Part shown: in pieces, positions 48,995 to 59,115 of the stretch
Numbering within the stretch: position 1 is the stretch's first letter
How the letters are laid out: each line of letters starts with the position of its first letter
NCBI GenBank assembly: GCA_050253075.1
Contig: JBFWJS010000001.1
Coordinates: 1-64,000, forward strand
DNA length: 64,000 bases
Reading direction: 5' to 3'
Origin: Deferribacterales bacterium
GTDB lineage: Bacteria > Chrysiogenota > Deferribacteres > Deferribacterales > Geovibrionaceae
The notes under the pieces: generated by a model
Seen by the model: the letters and a program-made list of their open reading frames with translations, nothing else
Told to the model about the DNA's origin: nothing
Databases searched by the model: none
Made by a program: the position numbers and the translations under genes

Positions 48995-51217
48995 ATGGCA
49001 CTTAAAAGTATATCTCCCATGTACTTCAAAAGGCTTCATATCAAGTACGCTCTGGCGCTCAGCTTCATTGCGTGCGTGCTGCTGTCGTCCTATTTCATCA
49101 TCCAGAAGACCATTCACGACAACTATTCCGACTCTCGTGTCATAAACATAGCAGGCAGACAGCGTATGCTCAGCCAGAAGATATCAAAGGCATCCCTGAT
49201 GCTGAAACTGCTGGAAGACAAGGCACAGGTGAGCCAGGCTCTGACAGAGCTGAACGAAGCAGTAAACCTGTGGACAAGGTCTCAGGCGGCGCTACAGTAC
49301 GGCGACGACAGCATGGGCATCCCCCCGAGGGAGCTGTCGCCCGAAATACTCGCACTCTTTGACGACATCCGCCCCTACTTTACGAGGATGGTCGGCGCAG
49401 CGGAAAAGGTCTCTGTGACGAGCATCCGCACAGATATAACAGACAAAGAGAAAAAGGCGATACTGAAAGACAATATCTATGTGATACTTTCCAATGAAAA
49501 GAGCTTCCTGCCTATTATGGACAAGATAACCTTTACATTCGACAGAGAGGCAAAGGAAAAGGTATCCAAACTTGAAGATACCGAGCATATTCTGCTCATA
49601 GTCGGATTCCTTGTACTGATACTCGAGTTCATGTTCATCTTCCGCCCTTCCACAAGGGAACTGAACCTCGCCGTGAGAGACATAGTGGAAAAGCAGTCTC
49701 AGCTGAGAGAGGCGAACGAAGCTCTGGCACATGCTCTGGACGAGAGCAAGCGCCTCGAAAAGCTGGCAAACTCCGCAAACGATGCAAAGAGCACTTTCCT
49801 CGCAAACATGAGCCACGAGATACGCACCCCTATGAACTCCATACTCGGATTCGCCGAGATACTCGACGGAAAGATAGACGACCCCGTCCACAGACACTAT
49901 CTGAACAATATGATATCCAGCGGAAAGATGCTGCTGGCACTGATAAACGACATACTCGACCTGTCAAAGATCGAAGCGGGCAAGCTCAGCATAGACCTCC
50001 ACTCCGTAAACCTGCATAAGGTAACGTCAGAGATAGCCGAGGCATTCAGATACATGGCGGAGAATAAGGGGCTCGATTTCTCATTCAACATAGACTACGA
50101 CATCCCGAATGCTCTGGTGCTGGACGAGATACGTGTCCGTCAGGTGCTCTTCAATCTGCTGGGCAATGCAGTGAAATTCACAGACAAAGGGAGCGTATCC
50201 CTGAAGATATCCATACACGGATACAGCGAGCGTGAGAGTAAATACAACATACTCTTCGAAGTGGAAGACACAGGCATAGGCATCCCCGAGAGTGCAAAAG
50301 GGAAGATTTTCGACGCTTTCGAACAGCACTCGAAGCAGGACCACAGGAAATACGGCGGGACGGGGCTCGGGCTCTCCATCACAAAGAAGCTCGTCACCCT
50401 CATGAACGGCGATATATGGGTGGACAGCACTGTCGCACAGGGCTCAAAGTTCAGCTTCAGGCTGGACAACATCCCTGTGGCATCCATGATAGAGGATGAC
50501 GTGCCCACACATATCAAATATGCATTCTCCCCTGCTACGATACTCGTCGCCGACGATGTAGAGACTAACCGCGAGCTGCTGATAGAATATCTCTCCAGAC
50601 AGCCCTTCAAGGTGCTAACGGCGGCAAACGGCGCAGAGGCACTCAGCATCATAGATAAAAATAACCCTGACCTTATACTCACAGACCTGCGCATGCCCGT
50701 GATGGACGGCATGGAGCTCGCCGCAAAGCTCAAGGCATTTGAGAAAACAAAGAACATACCTGTGATCGCTGTGACTGCATCATCCATGAAGATAACTGCA
50801 TCGGAGATATCCAAACTCTTCGACGGATACCTGCAGAAGCCTGTCACGGCGGCAAAGCTCTTCCACGAACTGTCACTGCACCTGAAAGCATCGATGAGTG
50901 ACGCAGACACTGTCGACACAGGCAGCATAGACTTCGACACCATCAACGACAATAAAGAAAATATCAAAGAGATGCTCTCCATATTCACCGACAGCTTCAT
51001 GATGAATCTGAACGAACAGGCGGAGATACTCTCATACGAAGAGACCGAAAGGATAATAAAACATGTGAGATCGGCAGCCGAGCAGTATAATTGTACCGTA
51101 CTGCTGAAATGGTGCCGTGACGCAGGCGAAGCCATCGAAATGTTCGATATGGAAAGGCTGGAAAATAAGCTGAGGCAGTTCGGCGGACTGCTTGATAAGA
51201 TAAGGGAAAAATTATGA
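48995..51217 (+). CDS. Hybrid sensor histidine kinase with a NarX/PilJ-like periplasmic domain
   Basis: P-box-like INIAGRQRMLSQK; FLANMSHEIRTPMN; GGTGLGL; receiver DLRMPVMDG. Confidence 0.92.
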   Translation: MALKSISPMYFKRLHIKYALALSFIACVLLSSYFIIQKTIHDNYSDSRVINIAGRQRMLSQKISKASLMLKLLEDKAQVSQALTELNEAVNLWTRSQAALQYGDDSMGIPPRELSPEILALFDDIRPYFTRMVGAAEKVSVTSIRTDITDKEKKAILKDNIYVILSNEKSFLPIMDKITFTFDREAKEKVSKLEDTEHILLIVGFLVLILEFMFIFRPSTRELNLAVRDIVEKQSQLREANEALAHALDESKRLEKLANSANDAKSTFLANMSHEIRTPMNSILGFAEILDGKIDDPVHRHYLNNMISSGKMLLALINDILDLSKIEAGKLSIDLHSVNLHKVTSEIAEAFRYMAENKGLDFSFNIDYDIPNALVLDEIRVRQVLFNLLGNAVKFTDKGSVSLKISIHGYSERESKYNILFEVEDTGIGIPESAKGKIFDAFEQHSKQDHRKYGGTGLGLSITKKLVTLMNGDIWVDSTVAQGSKFSFRLDNIPVASMIEDDVPTHIKYAFSPATILVADDVETNRELLIEYLSRQPFKVLTAANGAEALSIIDKNNPDLILTDLRMPVMDGMELAAKLKAFEKTKNIPVIAVTASSMKITASEISKLFDGYLQKPVTAAKLFHELSLHLKASMSDADTVDTGSIDFDTINDNKENIKEMLSIFTDSFMMNLNEQAEILSYEETERIIKHVRSAAEQYNCTVLLKWCRDAGEAIEMFDMERLENKLRQFGGLLDKIREKL

Positions 51218-52302
51218 TTGAGCTAAACAGACCCCAACCTAAAAATACACTGATGATTGTGGACGACGAGCCGAAGAATATTCAGCTCCTCGGCACTCTC
51301 CTCACACAGAGCGGATACAACATCATCCCCGCCACAAACGGCGTGAAAGCATTGGAAAAGCTCAATAAGGTTAAGCCGGACATCATCCTGCTGGATGTCA
51401 TGATGCCGGAGTTAGACGGATTTGAAACATGCAAAAGGATAAAGGAAAACCCCGCAACGGCAGATATCCCCGTCATTTTCCTCACCGCAAAGGTGGATAA
51501 GGACGACGTGATAAAAGGTCTCACAGCGGGAGCCGTGGACTATGTGACAAAGCCGTTTAACCACAGAGAGCTCCTCATCAGGGTGAAGAATCAGATAGAC
51601 CTGATAAACGCAAGGCACGAGCTGGAATATCAGATGAACACCACAAACGAACTGCTCCACGTGCTCTGCCACGACCTCACAAACCCCATAGGCAGCATCG
51701 CCTCCCTGCTGGAGGTGGTAAAGACTCAGGACGACTTGAACCAGATAGCCCCCATGATGACAAGCGCCGCAAATGACTGCCTCGAGATAATCACACTGGT
51801 GAAGGCGATGAGCGCAGTCGAAGTGGGCAAGACCATCCTATGCATCACAAAGGTAGACCTGCACGAGATAATCTCGTCCTCGCTCCAGACACTCTCTAAA
51901 CAGATAAAAGAGAAAGATATAGAGATAGACTTCGCAGTGCCCGAAAACACTTTTGTCATGGCGGAGAAGGTCTCGCTGAAGAACTCCATCATAAACAACC
52001 TGCTGACCAACGCAGTTAAATTCACCCACAGGGGCGGAAAGATAAGCATCTCCGCCGAACCTGCGAACGAAAATATTGTCCTGTGCATCAAAGACAGCGG
52101 GATAGGCATCCCGACGGACATCATGGACAGGATATTCCACCCCGGCAAAGCGGGCACACGCAAAGGCACAGAGGGGGAGACAGGCGTCGGCTTCGGTATG
52201 CCCGTCATAAAGAAATTCATGGAAAAATACAACGGAACCATAAGCATACGCTCCGGCATAGACGAAGGGACGGAGATAGACCTCACCTTTAAAAAATTCT
52301 GA
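51214..52302 (+). CDS. Hybrid response regulator / histidine kinase
   Basis: N-terminal receiver (VDDEP, LDVMMP, YVTKPF); HDLTNP, NLLTNAVKF, GVGFG. Confidence 0.9.
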   Translation: MIELNRPQPKNTLMIVDDEPKNIQLLGTLLTQSGYNIIPATNGVKALEKLNKVKPDIILLDVMMPELDGFETCKRIKENPATADIPVIFLTAKVDKDDVIKGLTAGAVDYVTKPFNHRELLIRVKNQIDLINARHELEYQMNTTNELLHVLCHDLTNPIGSIASLLEVVKTQDDLNQIAPMMTSAANDCLEIITLVKAMSAVEVGKTILCITKVDLHEIISSSLQTLSKQIKEKDIEIDFAVPENTFVMAEKVSLKNSIINNLLTNAVKFTHRGGKISISAEPANENIVLCIKDSGIGIPTDIMDRIFHPGKAGTRKGTEGETGVGFGMPVIKKFMEKYNGTISIRSGIDEGTEIDLTFKKF

Positions 52303-52303
52303 T

Positions 52304-52339
52304 AAAAAAAGCCCCTGAACATCGCTGAACAGGGGCTTT
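52304..52339. terminator. Bidirectional terminator
   Basis: A7-GCCCCTG...CAGGGGC-TTT between convergent genes. Confidence 0.7.
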
Positions 52340-52359
52340 ATATTTTAGTTAAGTTCTGC

Positions 52360-53415
52360 TTACAGGTTTTCGTAAGCGTCCATTATCATCTTTTCAGTCG
52401 CTTCCCAGTCTACGCACTTGTCCGTGACAGACACGCCGTATTTAAGCTGAGAAAGGTCGTCAGGTATGTTCTGATTTCCTGCGTTCAAGTTGCTTTCTAT
52501 CATAACGCCCTTGATGGATTTCTGACCTGCTTTGATCTGCTTCACGACGTTTTCGAGCACTTCGCCCTGACGTTCGTGGTCTTTGTATGAGTTCGCATGG
52601 CTGCAGTCCACCATGATAGCAGGCGGCAGATGGTTGTTTGCCAGCAGTTCAACAGTCTCTTCGATATTCGCTTCGGAATAGTTCGGGCCGTCGTTTCCGC
52701 CACGCAGTACGATGTGTACGTCGGGGTTACCCTTCGTGTGCACTATCGCCGTTATCCCCTCGTAGTTGATACCGAGGAAGCTGTGTTCACGCAGGGAGGC
52801 AGCCATAGCGTCTGTAGCTATCTTCAGCCCGCCGTCCGTACCGTTCTTAAACCCGACAGGGAAAGAAAGTCCGCTCGCCATCTCTCTGTGCGTCTGCGAC
52901 TCTGTGGTTCTCGCACCGATAGCTCCCCAGCTTATCATGTCGGAGAGATACTGCGGTGTGATAGGGTCGAGCATCTCGGATGCGATAGGCAGCCCGATGT
53001 CTGTGATAGAGCAGTAAAGCTGTCTGGCGAGTCCGAGACCTTTGGATATCTGATACGTGCCGTTCAGGTCGGGGTCGTTCACCAGCCCTTTCCAGCCGAC
53101 AGTCGTACGTGGTTTTTCAAAGTATACGCGCATGATGATGAAAATCTTGTCCTTCACCTTGTCTGAGAGCCCTTTCAGCTTCTCTGCGTATTCTATTGCT
53201 GCTTTCGGATCATGTATAGAGCAGGGTCCGACAACGGCGAGGAGCCTTTTGTCTTCACCATGCAGGATAGACCTTATGGCATATCTGGATTCGTTAACGA
53301 AGAGTCCCCCGCCCTCAGGCATAGGGAAAACCTGCTTAAGGTATTGAGGTGCAATGATAGGGGTGACTTCTAAAACGTTAATGTTGTTTGTTTCGACCAT
53401 TCTGTTAGTGATCAT
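52360..53415 (-). CDS. 3-deoxy-7-phosphoheptulonate (DAHP) synthase, class I (AroF/G/H type)
   Basis: GPCSIHD, RVYFEKPRTTVGWKG, GARTTESQ, FKNGTDG, DCSHANS. Confidence 0.95.
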   Translation of the reverse strand: MITNRMVETNNINVLEVTPIIAPQYLKQVFPMPEGGGLFVNESRYAIRSILHGEDKRLLAVVGPCSIHDPKAAIEYAEKLKGLSDKVKDKIFIIMRVYFEKPRTTVGWKGLVNDPDLNGTYQISKGLGLARQLYCSITDIGLPIASEMLDPITPQYLSDMISWGAIGARTTESQTHREMASGLSFPVGFKNGTDGGLKIATDAMAASLREHSFLGINYEGITAIVHTKGNPDVHIVLRGGNDGPNYSEANIEETVELLANNHLPPAIMVDCSHANSYKDHERQGEVLENVVKQIKAGQKSIKGVMIESNLNAGNQNIPDDLSQLKYGVSVTDKCVDWEATEKMIMDAYENL

Positions 53416-53554
53416 GTTAAATCTCCCTAAAACGAGTTAGGCTAAAATAACCTACACCGTTTTGAGCATTATGTCAAAACCATTAATATAATATTTATGC
53501 AAAATTATCTACTAAGAAATTAAAAAGTAGTTATATTGACTAACTACTTCTTGA

Positions 53555-53968
53555 TTACTTAGGCTCGCAGTCGCTATCAGTAATGCTTTGACACGCTTCC
53601 ATATCTTCGCCGGCTTTCGGCAGTTTAAGCACGTCATACATCACGTAGTCGTCAAACCCGCAGGATTTCACCCCGTCATAGTCTATCAGCGGTCTGCGGA
53701 TGAGTATCGGATCCTGCATCATAACCTCGATGGCTTCGTCTGCGGTATACATATCAGGCTTTACGTGCCCGCTCTTCACATCGGGAGCCTTGTCGTTGAA
53801 CCAGTCGGCAACGGGTCTGTCTCCGAAGAAGGGGCGGAGGGTTTCCTTTTTCCACGGCGTGTCCAGCAGTGAGCGTATTTCGAGCTCGAAGCCGTTCTCC
53901 ATCAGTGTCTTCTGCTGTTTGGCATTACCCGTACAGCCTGTTTTTTCATAAAATACAGCTTTCTTCAT
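53555..53968 (-). CDS. ArsC/Spx family protein (nitrogenase-associated protein type)
   Basis: FYEKTGCTGNAKQ, WFN..AP, DPILIRRPL. Confidence 0.8.
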   Translation of the reverse strand: MKKAVFYEKTGCTGNAKQQKTLMENGFELEIRSLLDTPWKKETLRPFFGDRPVADWFNDKAPDVKSGHVKPDMYTADEAIEVMMQDPILIRRPLIDYDGVKSCGFDDYVMYDVLKLPKAGEDMEACQSITDSDCEPK

Positions 53969-54094
53969 GACTGCTCCTTTTTAGGATAATTTTTATCCAT
54001 TTTAACCCAAAAGAAGAAATAAACAAGACAGATTATTGCTTTTACGCACCTTCCCTGTTACCATGCGCCGAAAAATAAATCTGAGGATATAGAT

Positions 54095-54433
54095 ATGAGC
54101 TCACTCCCGCCATGCCCGAAATGCAACTGCGAATACACATACGAAGACAGAGGACTGTTCGTCTGCCCCGAATGCGCACACGAATGGACACAGACAGAGC
54201 AGCAGGCCGCCGATGAAGCAGGCGTCATAAAAGATGCGAACGGAAACGTACTCGCAGACGGAGACACCATCACCGTCATAAAAGACTTGAAGGTGAAGGG
54301 CACATCTCTCGTGGTGAAAGTAGGTACAAAGGTGAAGAACATCCGCCTTGTGGACGGAGACCACGACATAGACTGCAAGATAGACGGCATCGGCGCAATG
54401 AAGCTGAAGTCCGAATTCGTTAAAAAGTCTTAA
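54095..54433 (+). CDS. Zinc-ribbon protein YjdM/PhnA family
   Basis: CPKC...[32 protein letters not shown]. Confidence 0.92.
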   Translation: MSSLPPCPKCNCEYTYEDRGLFVCPECAHEWTQTEQQAADEAGVIKDANGNVLADGDTITVIKDLKVKGTSLVVKVGTKVKNIRLVDGDHDIDCKIDGIGAMKLKSEFVKKS

Positions 54434-55137
54434 TCGCCGATATTACCGATAACGATAGTAGCCGGATTCTCTATACTGTTTTCGCTGATGAATTCGGCTA
54501 TGTTGCCGAGTGAACACTCAAAGAGGCGTTCCTCGTCCGTATCCATCTTTTCCCCGATGAGAACCTTTACGGATGGCTCCATTCCGTTTTCTATCAGCTT
54601 TTTGGCTATCTTCGATGCGTTCTTCACGCCCATGTATATCACGATGGTCAGGCCGAGCGCTGCCATGGCCTGCCAGTTATAGGTTTCTGTTATCTCGCCG
54701 TTTTTCGGATGCCCTGTGATGAAGACCACGCCCGATGCGGAGCGTCTGTCTGTGAGAGCAGAGCGCATCTTCGCCGAGAGTGTCGCAGCGGATGTCACGC
54801 CGGGGACAATGCTCACCTGTGCGCCCATCTCCTCTGCTGCCTCTATCTCTTCTATCGATCTGGCAAAGACAGTGCTGTCGCCCCCTTTCAGTCTGGCGAC
54901 TATCTTATCCTCACCCAGATATTTTTTTATAAGTACGTTTATCTCGTCCTGACGGATGCAGTGTTTGTATGGTGTTTTGCCCACCTGCACCATCTCTTTA
55001 CCATCGGCAAATTTTAATGTATCAGGATGTAAAAGCCTGTCATACAAAACTATATCTGCACGTTTCAGTTCATTTATACCTTTAAGTGTTATCGACTCGG
55101 GTCCGAGCCCCGCACCGATTATTACCAGTTCTTTCAT
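54430..55137 (-). CDS. cobA: Uroporphyrinogen-III C-methyltransferase
   Basis: GAG.G, YDRL, VGK, QDEIN, RLKGGD, VPGVTSA, IYMG. Confidence 0.9.
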   Translation of the reverse strand: MKELVIIGAGLGPESITLKGINELKRADIVLYDRLLHPDTLKFADGKEMVQVGKTPYKHCIRQDEINVLIKKYLGEDKIVARLKGGDSTVFARSIEEIEAAEEMGAQVSIVPGVTSAATLSAKMRSALTDRRSASGVVFITGHPKNGEITETYNWQAMAALGLTIVIYMGVKNASKIAKKLIENGMEPSVKVLIGEKMDTDEERLFECSLGNIAEFISENSIENPATIVIGNIGD

Positions 55138-55928
55138 CTCTTCCTCTTTGCAAACTCTGCGAAAATTCTATTAAGTTCAAGCACCTTATCAAAGGACACG
55201 CTGTTAGCCCGTGAGAACTCCTTCTCGTCCACCATCAGATATTCAGAGTCCATAGCTTTGAACACTGCTCTGGTCTCGGGCGGTTCGGGGTTCTTATTCA
55301 TAGGCCCCACCTGATAGATATATATATCAGGGTTCTTCTCCACAGCGGCCTCCATGGAGTACCTCACTATCTTGTTTTTGCTCTCTGCGATGTTCTGCCC
55401 GCCCGCTTTCCTTATGATGTCTGTGACGATGCTGTTCTGCCCCGCCACTGAAAAAGGAAGCTGCATCACCTCGTAAAGCACCGTCGGCGTTGCCTCGGGC
55501 ACCTGTATGTTTTCTATCTTGCTTCTCAGACTGCTGTTCAGCGCCTCTGCCTCGGCACGTTTGCCCATCAGAAACCCCAGCTTTGTTATCTCGTCCAGTA
55601 TTTCATCCAGAGTGATCGGATTATACTCCGCCACAGGTACCCCTACCTGCTTCATCATCTCCTCTGTGAAGAATCTGTTCGAGGGTATTATTATCAGGTC
55701 AGGCGAGAGAGACATTATCAGCTCCATGTTCGGTCTGATATGGCTCCCGACCTTCTCCGCATTGGGGAATTCGTCGACGCTCTTCGTCTTTCCCACTATC
55801 TGCGCATCGCACCCCAGCTTAGACATTATGTCCGCAGCAGCAGGAGCGAGCAATATAACCCTTTCAGCCGCAAAGGCATTAAAGGTAAAAATTAAAATGA
55901 CCGCCGCTAGCACCCACCTTAACATCAA
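55134..55928 (-). CDS. Periplasmic binding protein, BtuF/FepB-type (helical backbone)
   Basis: Signal peptide, ERVILLAPA, PNMELIMSLSPDLII, AGGQNI. Confidence 0.85.
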   Translation of the reverse strand: MMLRWVLAAVILIFTFNAFAAERVILLAPAAADIMSKLGCDAQIVGKTKSVDEFPNAEKVGSHIRPNMELIMSLSPDLIIIPSNRFFTEEMMKQVGVPVAEYNPITLDEILDEITKLGFLMGKRAEAEALNSSLRSKIENIQVPEATPTVLYEVMQLPFSVAGQNSIVTDIIRKAGGQNIAESKNKIVRYSMEAAVEKNPDIYIYQVGPMNKNPEPPETRAVFKAMDSEYLMVDEKEFSRANSVSFDKVLELNRIFAEFAKRKR

Positions 55929-56586
55929 ACACCTCTGATATGATACGTGCCGTCACATTCTCCCTTTTCAGGTCGTACAGCACCTTACCGTCTTTCATAA
56001 ATATCAGCCTGTCGAAGAACTCCACCGCCAGATTCACATCATGGATGGATGTCACCACAGTCTTTTCATTCGCCGTCATCAGCTCCAGCATGGCCAGGCT
56101 GTGACGTATATCCAGCATAGAGACAGGCTCGTCGAAAAACTGAACCGGCGTCCCCTGATTTATCACTCTGGCGAGCATAGCACGCCTCTTTTCACCGCCG
56201 GACAGCTCGTTGAAAGGTCTGTCCTTCAGGTGATGCATATCCGCCATCTTCAGGCTGGTGCGTGTGGTCTCCTCCACATCCTCACCGCCGTCTACCCTGC
56301 CGAAGCGCACGACCTCGTAAACGGTGAACGGAAATGTCACCTCGGGCATCTGAGGCAGGAGAGCGAACATCCTCGCACGTTCGGGGTATGTCATGCTCTT
56401 CATCGGCTTGTCCATATACTTCACGTCTGCCTTGCCCAGAACGCCTGTCATCAGGTGCATCAGGGTGCTTTTCCCCGATCCGTTCTCGCCCAGCAGTGCG
56501 ACCTTTTCCCCACGCCCTATCTCAAAGGCATCTACGGAGAGGTGAAAATCGCCCCTTTTGAAGTTTATCGCCCCCGTCTTTATCAT
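55879..56586 (-). CDS. ABC ATPase, BtuD/FecE-type
   Basis: GENGSGKST, LSGGEKRR, DEP..LD, HDVNLA. ATGA overlap with the permease. Confidence 0.88.
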   Translation of the reverse strand: MIKTGAINFKRGDFHLSVDAFEIGRGEKVALLGENGSGKSTLMHLMTGVLGKADVKYMDKPMKSMTYPERARMFALLPQMPEVTFPFTVYEVVRFGRVDGGEDVEETTRTSLKMADMHHLKDRPFNELSGGEKRRAMLARVINQGTPVQFFDEPVSMLDIRHSLAMLELMTANEKTVVTSIHDVNLAVEFFDRLIFMKDGKVLYDLKRENVTARIISEVFDVKVGASGGHFNFYL

Positions 56587-57536
56587 GCCCACACCTGCGC
56601 AGAGCGTTTCTTCAGCATGTATAGGAAGAAGAAGCCGCCGAGTATCGCCGTGATGATCCCCACGGGGAGCTCTGTACCGCCGGGAATGATGCTCCGTGCC
56701 ACAGCGTCGGACACCACCATCAAAAGCCCGCCGAACACAGCGGAAAAGTATATGTTCACCCGCATATCAGATCCAAAGAAGCTCCGTGCTATATGCGGGA
56801 CTATCAATCCTACGAAACCTATCAGCCCGCTGAAGCTGACAGCCACAGCCACCAGCAGCGTAGACAGCACAAAAGCCGCCATCCGCTCTGCCTTAACATT
56901 CACGCCCGATGTCTCTGCGGAGTATTCATCCATAGCCAGCAGATTCAGCCTGTTTGCTCGGATGTGGAAATATGCATAAGCCACCACGAGAACCGCCAGC
57001 CCCGAAGATATCTTCTGCCAGCTGACGATGAAGAAACCGCCCATCAGCCAGAAGACTATCGACGAGAGAGACTCCTCGAAGTAGAACTTTGTAAAACCTA
57101 TAACGGACGATGCCACGATATTCAGCACCACCCCCGCCAGTATCATCGTAACGGGGCTTATCACACGCCCCTTAGACGAAGCCAGCTTATAAACACCCAA
57201 AAGCCCCGCCAAGCCCGTAATAAGAGCAAAAGGCGAAACCAGCACCACGGGAAGCCCGAGGGCAATGGCGAGCACAGCACCCAGGGCAGCGGACGAAGCC
57301 GCACCCGTCGTAAAACTGTCCGCCAGCGGATTTTTCAGCACCAGCTGATAAACCGACCCGCTCACGCCGAGCATACCGCCTATCAAAGCGGCGAATATCA
57401 CCCGAGGCAGACGTATGGTCCAGAATATGCTGCTCTGGGCATCCGTCATGTGAAAGATGTTTATATCCGCAGCCCCTGTTACGGCACCTGCGCCGACGGC
57501 TATGAGGAGCAGTACGGCTGAAACTATCTTCATCAT
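56583..57536 (-). CDS. ABC permease, FecCD/BtuC-type
   Basis: IRLPR, NPLADS, GLIGFVGLIVPH, ELPVGIITA. Start is ATG 57536 (ATGA overlap); the upstream extension in the ORF track is spurious. Confidence 0.9.
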   Translation of the reverse strand: MMKIVSAVLLLIAVGAGAVTGAADINIFHMTDAQSSIFWTIRLPRVIFAALIGGMLGVSGSVYQLVLKNPLADSFTTGAASSAALGAVLAIALGLPVVLVSPFALITGLAGLLGVYKLASSKGRVISPVTMILAGVVLNIVASSVIGFTKFYFEESLSSIVFWLMGGFFIVSWQKISSGLAVLVVAYAYFHIRANRLNLLAMDEYSAETSGVNVKAERMAAFVLSTLLVAVAVSFSGLIGFVGLIVPHIARSFFGSDMRVNIYFSAVFGGLLMVVSDAVARSIIPGGTELPVGIITAILGGFFFLYMLKKRSAQVWA

Positions 57537-58270
57537 GCCTCTACCCTGCTGACCACCCGATAAGCGTATGCAAAAAGCACTGCGAATATCAGCACCAGTA
57601 TCCCCACGTTTGTCCAGACATTCAGCTTTCCGCCGAGGAGCGAATACCTTATCAGCTTTGTGCTGTATGTCAGAGGGAATGCTTTTGCTATCCACTGTAC
57701 TATCACGGGCATCTTATCCACGGGATAAAACGTGCCCGACAGGAACACCATCGGTGTTATGACAAATGTATTCACGGCGAACTGGTCGCCATGATTCTTT
57801 ACCATCAGGGCTACGATGAGCCCCAGAATGGAGAATATGAAAAGGTGCAGGAACATGCTGAGGAAAAAGAGCGGAGTTATGCTCAGCTTCACCCCGATGA
57901 AGAGGCCGTAAACGGCGACTATCATCACGGGTATAAAGCCTCTGGTGACACCATAGAGCATCTCGCCCACGACAATCTCCCACCTTGCGATAGGTGCGAG
58001 GAGGTATTCGTCGAACACCTTGAAGTAAAAGCGCGAGATGTTTATCTCCGTGGATATGCCGTAGCTCTGGTTCATACTGCTCATGGCTATCAGACCGGGG
58101 ATGAGGAATGAGAGGTATCCCACTCCGTCCACATCGGAAAAGCGTCCGACGCCAAATCCGAAAGCGAGCAGAAACAGAAGCGGCGATATGGACGAAGACA
58201 TAAGTATCTTCCACCGTCTGCTCCACAGCACAAGGAATTCTCTGTAATATATCCCTTTCACACCGTTCAA
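57533..58270 (-). CDS. ABC-2 type (exporter) permease
   Basis: YLSFLIPGLIAMS, PMVFLSGTFYPV, FPLTY (NodJ/DrrB-like). Confidence 0.88.
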   Translation of the reverse strand: MNGVKGIYYREFLVLWSRRWKILMSSSISPLLFLLAFGFGVGRFSDVDGVGYLSFLIPGLIAMSSMNQSYGISTEINISRFYFKVFDEYLLAPIARWEIVVGEMLYGVTRGFIPVMIVAVYGLFIGVKLSITPLFFLSMFLHLFIFSILGLIVALMVKNHGDQFAVNTFVITPMVFLSGTFYPVDKMPVIVQWIAKAFPLTYSTKLIRYSLLGGKLNVWTNVGILVLIFAVLFAYAYRVVSRVEA

Positions 58271-59115
58271 ACGTCTATCCTCCTGCCTGTTATCGACAGA
58301 TACACATCCTCAAGGTTCGTTTCTCTCAGCTTTGCCGTCTCTTCTATCTCGCCCAGTCTTTTCAGTGCTTCCTCTCTGGATGTGAAGAACTCCGTCTCTG
58401 TCACGTCGTTCTTTAAAATATCCAGTGCGAAGGAGCCTATCTCTTTCTTAAGCGACTGAGCCGTCCCCTCAGCGACGATCTTTGCCCTGTCGATGACTAT
58501 AACATTGTCGGAGAGCATCTCCGCCTCTTCGATATAGTGCGTTGTCAGGAAGACCGTGCAGTTCTTATTCACTTTTATATTCCGTATGAAGTCCCATATG
58601 GAGCGCCTGACAGATGCATCGAGCCCCACTGTCGGTTCGTCCAGATACAGAATGCCGGGCTCGTGGAGGAGCGCTCTGGCTATTATCAGCCTGCGCTTCA
58701 TACCACCCGAAAGCTTTCCGGCGGGTTTGTTCCTGTGTCCGCCGAGCCCTGCGAATTCCAATGATTCTTCTATTCTTTTTTCCAGATATGACCTCTCCAT
58801 ACCGAAGAGCTTCCCGTGTACTTTCAGATTCTGATACACGCTGAGGTCTCGGTCGACATTGTTATGCTGAGGCACAACGCCGATCATCCTCTTCAGGTCA
58901 TCCCTTTTGGATGTGAAGAGTTCTCCACGGTAGCGTATCTCGCCCGATGTCGGCTGGAGCAGATCCGTCAGCATGTTCACCGTGGTGGTTTTCCCCGCCC
59001 CGTTAGGGCCGAGGAACGCAAGGATACTCCCCGCATCCACGCCGAAGCTGATGTCGTCCACTGCTGCTGTTCCGCCGAATTTTTTTGTCAGGTTTGATAC
59101 TTCTATCTCTCTCAC
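58267..59115 (-). CDS. ABC-2 type (exporter) ATPase
   Basis: GPNGAGKTT, LSGGMKRRL, LDEPTVGLD, TTHYIEEAE, NLEDVYL (NodI/DrrA-like). Confidence 0.9.
   Translation of the reverse strand: MREIEVSNLTKKFGGTAAVDDISFGVDAGSILAFLGPNGAGKTTTVNMLTDLLQPTSGEIRYRGELFTSKRDDLKRMIGVVPQHNNVDRDLSVYQNLKVHGKLFGMERSYLEKRIEESLEFAGLGGHRNKPAGKLSGGMKRRLIIARALLHEPGILYLDEPTVGLDASVRRSIWDFIRNIKVNKNCTVFLTTHYIEEAEMLSDNVIVIDRAKIVAEGTAQSLKKEIGSFALDILKNDVTETEFFTSREEALKRLGEIEETAKLRETNLEDVYLSITGRRIDV

Noticed and set aside
50140..51135. Long antisense ORFs (also 47814-48638, 56041-56979, 56793-57521, 59154-59864)
   Set aside because: They lie opposite clearly identified genes and carry no recognisable motifs; expected shadow ORFs.
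57537..57695. N-terminal extension of the FecCD permease in the ORF track
   Set aside because: It overlaps the ABC-2 permease, and the ATGA overlap at 57536 gives a better start.
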